Both the position numbers and the translations under genes were made by a program. A stretch of 61,518 bases of DNA, taken from positions 1-61,518 of IMG/VR virus record IMGVR_UViG_3300020595_000037; one strand, written 5' to 3'. Source of the DNA: a virus. Lineage: Duplodnaviria; Caudoviricetes. Below, piece after piece: positions 56,401 to 61,518 of the stretch (positions within the stretch are counted from its first letter, which is position 1; each line of letters begins with the position of its first letter). The notes beneath the pieces are model-generated. The model saw only the letters and a list, made by a program, of their open reading frames with translations, had not been told where the DNA came from and did not search any database.

Positions 56401-56958
56401 GCTCCAATATCTTCAACTGGTGGTGATACTCCAGTTATAAGTCACGATACTTCTGGTGTAACTGCTGCTACTTATAAAATGGCAGATATAACTGTTGATG
56501 ATAAAGGTCATGTAACTGCAGCCGCAGACGGTCATAGTGGTGGTGGTGGTGGTACTAAAAAAGGTGGTATATTTACTAAACTATATACAACTGGCACTGT
56601 AGCGGCTGGAGCAGCTACCGCATTTAGCATATCAAGAGCTACTACAGGATCTATGGTATTTGATGTAATGTTTACTGGTGGAACAAGAGCTTCTTCTTCT
56701 GTAACAAAGAAATTTACTGTAGTAAAACAATTTGGAAACTCTAACGGTGTTATATCTAGTTTTAAAATATTAGATACTGGTCCTGGAATTGGTAACACAG
56801 GTACAGATGATTTTACAGTTGTTTTTGAGAAAAAAGGCACAGATGGTTTAGGATTAAATTGTACAATTGCCGCTGTGGCAAAAGATAGTCAAAAAATAGG
56901 TATTACAATTAACTTAGGATTTGGAGAAAACGATGCAACTGTTGTAATGAACGCATAA
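53437..56958 (+). CDS. Tail fibre protein
   Basis: Thr/Gly/Ala-rich; three T.(L/V/I)ATTA(F/Y)V repeats; Y....VD.KGHVTAA fibre motif. Confidence 0.8.
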   Translation: MAIIYSYPVVDPTLNDLVLGTDVDAQGKPTKNFTIQSIVSLIQGSATGLEAVLADSPDGGGLNILNIGNITGSGVSTSVSFTDSTMTISNGTGTGFVSISSTDFVGDLTGVVKNSSSIQGDVTGVTQPVGTSNTKLATTAFVMNKVDPSVLQYLGDATGPFDLNLVDDDFKISGTANQIETTATTVGGNVGTINLKFPTTGVTLPDGSTATTQAAADNSTDVATTAFVQQENSAQDLDFIGDTGTSSVLLNSQTLDFEGTTNEITTAVTAQKVKFSLPSSVTIGGTFTGTTFAGDLLGTVNTATTGTTQSAGDDSTKIATTAYVDAAAGAKILQYQGDTGGPFDLNLKDDDLDIAGGSNISTTAATVAANLGVITIDLNDSVTISGTSKADTFTTTLGVATWVTTVLDGFTAITSDLFTGDLTGNASSATALASGGALSFGGEVTLSSSTPSPATYTSGGNVSLNLGLNNDAVTAKVLNGLVIPATGSSVVPSDSILSGIGKLQAQVNTGATGLRFMGSWNASMDTGGTDNTPDGTPALTSGGGLATSGTNSSVTAGKLIDSSATFSSTVTANDRVYNEAGAFTTITSIDSNTQLTLVDDIFLTTGQAYTIDNDPALSQGEYYVVSAIGSSTSRNATLNGTQDWAVGDWVIAGAGNTWEKLDQTGVDGTGSANRLAKFSSTSVIADSIILEETGGIKLDSGKTITTQGSGGNLIIAGASSVSGLTTAGAALSLTGGVNLPTGAYGAANQVLGNANAAGGAGNDLVWITPTTGTVESVTAGDGIVLTGDAVDPVVNVDYAGTDNIVLSAGAAVTPVGADTIIINDATTGNVVQALVSNLPFDAYNKWVLTGDTGTQNVESGNTVDIAGGTYITTAAAATDTLTINHDTTSRTDTASTDAPSFGGTFDAVTSVTSNTTGHVTAIDISTVTLPSPVNFTAGSAPGATAAVGTAGYVPAPAAGTGSTAYFLNATGTMTIPPNDDGVTAVTATAPISSTGGDTPVISHDTSGVTAATYKMADITVDDKGHVTAAADGHSGGGGGTKKGGIFTKLYTTGTVAAGAATAFSISRATTGSMVFDVMFTGGTRASSSVTKKFTVVKQFGNSNGVISSFKILDTGPGIGNTGTDDFTVVFEKKGTDGLGLNCTIAAVAKDSQKIGITINLGFGENDATVVMNA

Positions 56959-56967
56959 CAATAAAAT

Positions 56968-58509
56968 ATGGCTAATTTATCTAATATAAATAATAAGTTC
57001 CTAGTAACAACTGCAGGAAACGTAGGAATCGGGACGACTAGTCCTGGATATAAACTTAACGTTATAAATGATAATACTGCTACTTGGACCGCAAGATTTA
57101 CAAATAATACTAATAATGTTTATTTATCAGTTAATGATGCTAATAATTATGGTATTTATGTATCAGGAGAAACAAAAAATTATTTTAGTGGCAACATCGG
57201 GATCGGAACGACTTCGCCTCAAGATAAATTAAATTTACATACTTCATCCGCTAGTGGTAATATTGGAATGAAGATTACAAGAGGTACAGAAACCCACGGA
57301 TTAAGATTAGGTGTTAATAGTTCTCATGCTTTTTTGTGGACTACTGAAGCTCAAAATTTAGTTTTTGCTACATCTGGCATACAAAGAATTTCTATACTAT
57401 CTGGCGGTAATGTCGGAATCGGAGTAACAGGTCCTACTTATAAGCTTCAAGTTGCTGGAACAACATTGATTTCAGGTGGCCTTAAAGTTATAGGGCCAGG
57501 TTCATATAATACTTTTCAATCAGGAAATGATTATACTTTAGGATTGAACGATTATAATTCTGTTAGTCAATGGTGGTTAAAAGCTTATACCACAGGAGAT
57601 TTTGCATTACACGAAAATACACAAGGAGATAGATTTACTATTAAAGCTGGCGGCAACGTCGGAATCGGAATTACTTCGCCTGGTACAACTTTACAAGTTT
57701 CTGGATCAAATCTAACAAACAATGTAGCTGCTTATATCGGAAGCGGGTTTGTTAATAATGATTTATATCATAGAGAAGGAGGGCTATTAGTTATAAGTGG
57801 AACAAATGCAACTCAAACATCAGCGGGAATTGCTTTTCAAACTAGAAATACAGGAAATACAAATTACTGGAAATCGTCTATTTTAATGAATAGAGGTGGT
57901 GAATTAGAATTTTATACAGGTGGAGCTGGAACAGGTCAAGGTTCTGAAAGAATGAAAATAACATCTGGGGGGAATATACAAATACCAACAGATTCAGCAA
58001 GTTTACAATTACGAAGTTCTGGTTCTGGTGCATATACATCTATTAGAAGAGATGCAGCAAATCAATTAATTGTAGCAAACACTGCAAATAATCAAGTTTT
58101 TGGAATTGGTAACGGTGGAGAATTAGCAATAACCAATGGGGCTTCATATACAACAACACTCACTTATACTACTGGGTGGAATTCATCTTACCAGACTTTA
58201 ATACCAGGAAATAGTTTATCTCCAAATGCAGTTTATATAGTAACTATTAAATGTGATTCATTTGGAACTCCACCATATTATGCATCAACAGTATTTCATA
58301 TTGCTACGTCTCCAGGCACAAATGGTAGTGGTGGTGGTAATGATAATATTGCACCGACCGCAACACATGTTAACAGTACTGTTTATTGGAAATATAGGCT
58401 TAGTACAATTGTTAATGGTAAAAATGGAGTAGAAGCCTACCTTTCAGGTGGTCCAACACCAAACGGTACTACTATATACGTTAAAGCTACTAAAATAATG
58501 ACAATGTAA
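56968..58509 (+). CDS. Tail fibre/spike protein
   Basis: Four GN(V/I)GIG.T.P repeats typical of Bacteroidota phage fibres. Confidence 0.8.
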   Translation: MANLSNINNKFLVTTAGNVGIGTTSPGYKLNVINDNTATWTARFTNNTNNVYLSVNDANNYGIYVSGETKNYFSGNIGIGTTSPQDKLNLHTSSASGNIGMKITRGTETHGLRLGVNSSHAFLWTTEAQNLVFATSGIQRISILSGGNVGIGVTGPTYKLQVAGTTLISGGLKVIGPGSYNTFQSGNDYTLGLNDYNSVSQWWLKAYTTGDFALHENTQGDRFTIKAGGNVGIGITSPGTTLQVSGSNLTNNVAAYIGSGFVNNDLYHREGGLLVISGTNATQTSAGIAFQTRNTGNTNYWKSSILMNRGGELEFYTGGAGTGQGSERMKITSGGNIQIPTDSASLQLRSSGSGAYTSIRRDAANQLIVANTANNQVFGIGNGGELAITNGASYTTTLTYTTGWNSSYQTLIPGNSLSPNAVYIVTIKCDSFGTPPYYASTVFHIATSPGTNGSGGGNDNIAPTATHVNSTVYWKYRLSTIVNGKNGVEAYLSGGPTPNGTTIYVKATKIMTM

Positions 58510-58519
58510 TTTTAAAATA

Positions 58520-61518
58520 ATGGCATCATTATCTAATATAAACGGCATATTTGACGTTCATTCCACTGGGGCTATACAATTTAATGGTAACCATGGTACA
58601 GCTGGACAGATATTAAAATCAAATGGTAATGCAGCCCCAACTTGGGTTGATGCTTCAACTGTTATTGGTGGACCATATTTACCTTTGACAGGTGGAACAC
58701 TTACTGGCAACTTAGCTATTAACGGTACTAATACTTTAAGCGTTGGTGGCACTTTATCTGCAAGTAATTTTTCAGGTTCTTCATCTGGAACAAACACAGG
58801 TGATCAAACAAGTGTTACAGGTGCGTCAGGTTATTTAGACACCAACAGAGGAACACCTAGTAATGCAGCACAATATTGGCAAGCACATAATTTAGGAACA
58901 ACCGAAGCACCAAGTACAGATTGGTACACAACTTTACGTTTTGGGCACGGTAATCCAACCACTTATTATGGCAATACACTAGCGATTAAAATGACTGGTA
59001 CTGGTGTTGGTGATATATATACACAAAATCTTCAAAATGGTACTTTTCAAGGTTGGAAAAAATATTGGAACGATGCAAATTTTAATCCAGCAAGTTATTT
59101 ACCTTTATCTGGTGGTACGCTTACTGGGGCTTTAACTGGAACAACCGCAACTTTTTCAGGAAACGTTACAGCTGGTGCTTCAATGTATTCTCCTATTTAT
59201 TATGATTCAGGTAATGGTGCTTATTATGGCGATTTTGCAGGAATGAGTGTGTTCAACAAATTAAACACAGGTATAGGTAATTTAGGAAGTAGTAGAAGTG
59301 TTAGTTATTCTATGACATCAGGAAATTGGTATCGTATAGCTAACGGAGCAGGAAGATCTTGTGGGGATATTTATATACAAGATGCAATTAGCGGTGGACC
59401 TCATGGAAATTTAACTTTTTATGCAGGTTCTTCATACAGTCAGTACGCGGGAACTATGTTAAAATTAAAAAGTAGTTCTTTTTATAATGTTATAGGTTTT
59501 ACAGAGATTAGATTATTAATAGGAACTACTTATCAAGATCAGTATGTAGAAATATATTGTCAAAGAACTGGTACTTATAATATAACAGTACAAGATACTC
59601 ATAGCGCAACTAATCAATGGATTCTTAGTACTTCAGCAACAGTAGGATCAGTACCTGCTGGATATAGTGATAGCACTAGATTGGATATTAATGGAATGTT
59701 AATAGCTGAAGCTGGAAATGGATCAAATAGATTTGCGGTTGATAGAGTTGGTGCAATACATTTAAGTGGAGGAACAAGCGGTAGCTCAGGTCAAGTATTA
59801 ACATCTGGCGGGACTGGATCACCAACATGGACAACGCCAACTACTGGTACATTAACTTCTTTAGTTGCAGGTACAGGTATAAGTTTAACTAATGCTTCAG
59901 GTCCAGCTGTAACTGTAACCGCTACAACTCAATTTGGTGGAAACACTTTTACATCTAGAAACAATACTAATCCTATTGCTGTAGATTCTGCCACATCTAA
60001 TATGTCTGGTTATTGTAATACATCTTCAGCTGCTGGTTATGCCGACGGAGGGCTTTTTGTTGCTGCGTATAGCTCATCTTGGGTTTCTCAGATATTTAGT
60101 AATTTTAGAACAGGTGAAATAGCCGTAAGAGGTAAAAATAGTGGAACATGGCAAGCTTGGAGAACGGTTTGGGATTCTGTTAATTTACCTAACCCTGTTC
60201 AGTCAAGTGGAGTAACTTCAGTCGCTACAGGTTCAGGACTTACAGGAGGAACAATAACATCAACAGGAACTTTATCAGTGGATAGTACTGTTATAAGAAC
60301 ATCAGGTAATCAAGCAATAACTGGTAATACAGTGTTTTACCCTTCAAGTACAAGCACAAGTTATCAGCATGCGGCTATAGAACTAATGGCTTCTTCGAGT
60401 GGCACAAGTGGAACTCCACCAAGAATATCTTGGCATTGGGGAGGTGTAGTTGCATCATTAATAACAATTGAAGCAAATGGTACAATAGCTGTTAGAAATA
60501 ATCCTGGTAATGCTTATGAACAATTTAAAGCATCAATTATAACAGCTACAAGTAATTTTTCAGGTAATTTAACAGGTAATGTGACTGGTAACGTGACTGG
60601 TTCTTCTGGATCATGTACAGGTAATTCAGCTACAGCAACTTTAGCTACAACGGCAACTAATGCTAACAATGTTGTTATCACTGGATATGGAAACAGCACT
60701 TTTACTTTTTATCAAAGCTCAGGATCATTTTCAGGTTTCAGTGGTTGGCATAATTATTATATAGGTAATCATGGTAATGGTTCAAATTATTACAACACAA
60801 TAATTGCATTTCCTTTTTGGGGATCTCCAAGATATTCAAGACTAGAAGGTAATGTACAGAGAGGACCTTTTGAATTTTGGACAAGCGAAAGAACAATTGT
60901 ATCAACTCACGATGTTACAGCGCCAAGATACTATGATACAAACACGACATACTATGGGGATTTTGCTAGCACAAGTAATATAAATGCTTTAACACTTGTT
61001 GGAACATTATCTGGTCAAAACGGTTATTTCAACCAAGATTTAGCTGTAGGTTTTAATTCAGGAGCTATAGGTGGTAAAGTAAATATACAAATAAATAGCG
61101 CAAATGGTATTGGTATTAAAAACAATCTTAATGGCAAAAGTGGTGCTCAAGGTTTATTACAATATACAAGTGCATCATATGCGTCAGGTGGATATAATAT
61201 GATATTCCAAGCAGCACCTCCATCAGGTTCAGACACTAATATGTTACTATGTTATTTAAATGGTAATATAGTAAACAGATTTAATAGTTATGGTCAATAT
61301 TCTGATAGAAAATTAAAAGAAAATATTGTTGATACAACACCTAAGTTAGAAGATGTTAAAAAAATAAGAATACGAAACTTTAACTTTAAAGATGATCCAT
61401 ATAAACAAATAGGTGTTATAGCACAAGAATTTGAAGAAGTTTTTCCAGGATTAGTGGAGGACAAAGAAGTACCTGATCAAGATGAAACAACAAAAACTGT
61501 AAAATATTCTGTTCTTGT
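58520..61518 (+). CDS. Tail fibre with C-terminal intramolecular chaperone (peptidase S74), truncated by window
   Basis: ATG 58520 (MASLSNIN); YLPL.GGTLTG repeats; in-frame SDRKLKENI at 61301 and IGVIAQE..EVFP; missing from the ORF track because no stop is reached. Confidence 0.88.
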   Translation, partial: MASLSNINGIFDVHSTGAIQFNGNHGTAGQILKSNGNAAPTWVDASTVIGGPYLPLTGGTLTGNLAINGTNTLSVGGTLSASNFSGSSSGTNTGDQTSVTGASGYLDTNRGTPSNAAQYWQAHNLGTTEAPSTDWYTTLRFGHGNPTTYYGNTLAIKMTGTGVGDIYTQNLQNGTFQGWKKYWNDANFNPASYLPLSGGTLTGALTGTTATFSGNVTAGASMYSPIYYDSGNGAYYGDFAGMSVFNKLNTGIGNLGSSRSVSYSMTSGNWYRIANGAGRSCGDIYIQDAISGGPHGNLTFYAGSSYSQYAGTMLKLKSSSFYNVIGFTEIRLLIGTTYQDQYVEIYCQRTGTYNITVQDTHSATNQWILSTSATVGSVPAGYSDSTRLDINGMLIAEAGNGSNRFAVDRVGAIHLSGGTSGSSGQVLTSGGTGSPTWTTPTTGTLTSLVAGTGISLTNASGPAVTVTATTQFGGNTFTSRNNTNPIAVDSATSNMSGYCNTSSAAGYADGGLFVAAYSSSWVSQIFSNFRTGEIAVRGKNSGTWQAWRTVWDSVNLPNPVQSSGVTSVATGSGLTGGTITSTGTLSVDSTVIRTSGNQAITGNTVFYPSSTSTSYQHAAIELMASSSGTSGTPPRISWHWGGVVASLITIEANGTIAVRNNPGNAYEQFKASIITATSNFSGNLTGNVTGNVTGSSGSCTGNSATATLATTATNANNVVITGYGNSTFTFYQSSGSFSGFSGWHNYYIGNHGNGSNYYNTIIAFPFWGSPRYSRLEGNVQRGPFEFWTSERTIVSTHDVTAPRYYDTNTTYYGDFASTSNINALTLVGTLSGQNGYFNQDLAVGFNSGAIGGKVNIQINSANGIGIKNNLNGKSGAQGLLQYTSASYASGGYNMIFQAAPPSGSDTNMLLCYLNGNIVNRFNSYGQYSDRKLKENIVDTTPKLEDVKKIRIRNFNFKDDPYKQIGVIAQEFEEVFPGLVEDKEVPDQDETTKTVKYSVL

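Noticed and set aside
52782-61518. Diversity-generating retroelement acting on tail fibres
   Set aside because: No reverse transcriptase and no TR/VR pair with adenine-specific mismatches noticed

Overview
The whole window is an AT-rich, gene-dense tailed dsDNA phage sequence, probably most of one genome opened at an arbitrary point. The gene order resembles podovirus-like marine phages related to crAss-like and Cellulophaga phages. A Bacteroidota host is inferred from the A-rich, Shine-Dalgarno-less starts. Plus strand 1-34.5 kb: small basic proteins, M15 endolysin, holin, tandem GroES-like protein, terminase, portal, scaffold, major capsid, tail ring/muzzle proteins, putative ejection proteins including a 2776-aa giant, and membrane/exported proteins. 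Minus strand 34.6-52.4 kb: class Ia RNR, T7-type resolvase, MazG-like proteins, a T4 gp42-like dCMP hydroxymethylase, primase-helicase, SSB, RecE/ERF, sigma factor, HTH protein, ligase and many tiny early genes. Plus strand from 52.8 kb: tail fibres, the last one truncated. The most unusual feature is a head-to-tail RNA array at 49.35-49.74 kb. It holds two unassigned structured RNAs, an 84-nt RNA built like the tRNA-like domain of tmRNA (G3-U70, no D stem, no tag reading frame) and an initiator tRNA. A 41-nt tRNA minihelix lies at 51.76 kb. Also notable: a seven-copy promoter-like motif placed directly before ATG, two inverted copies of a GTGACA-N32/33-TGTCAC site bracketing the early region, and a shared MAFK/SPxxQ peptide signal in small proteins next to an HExxH peptidase. 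All calls come from manual motif reading; no database searches were run.
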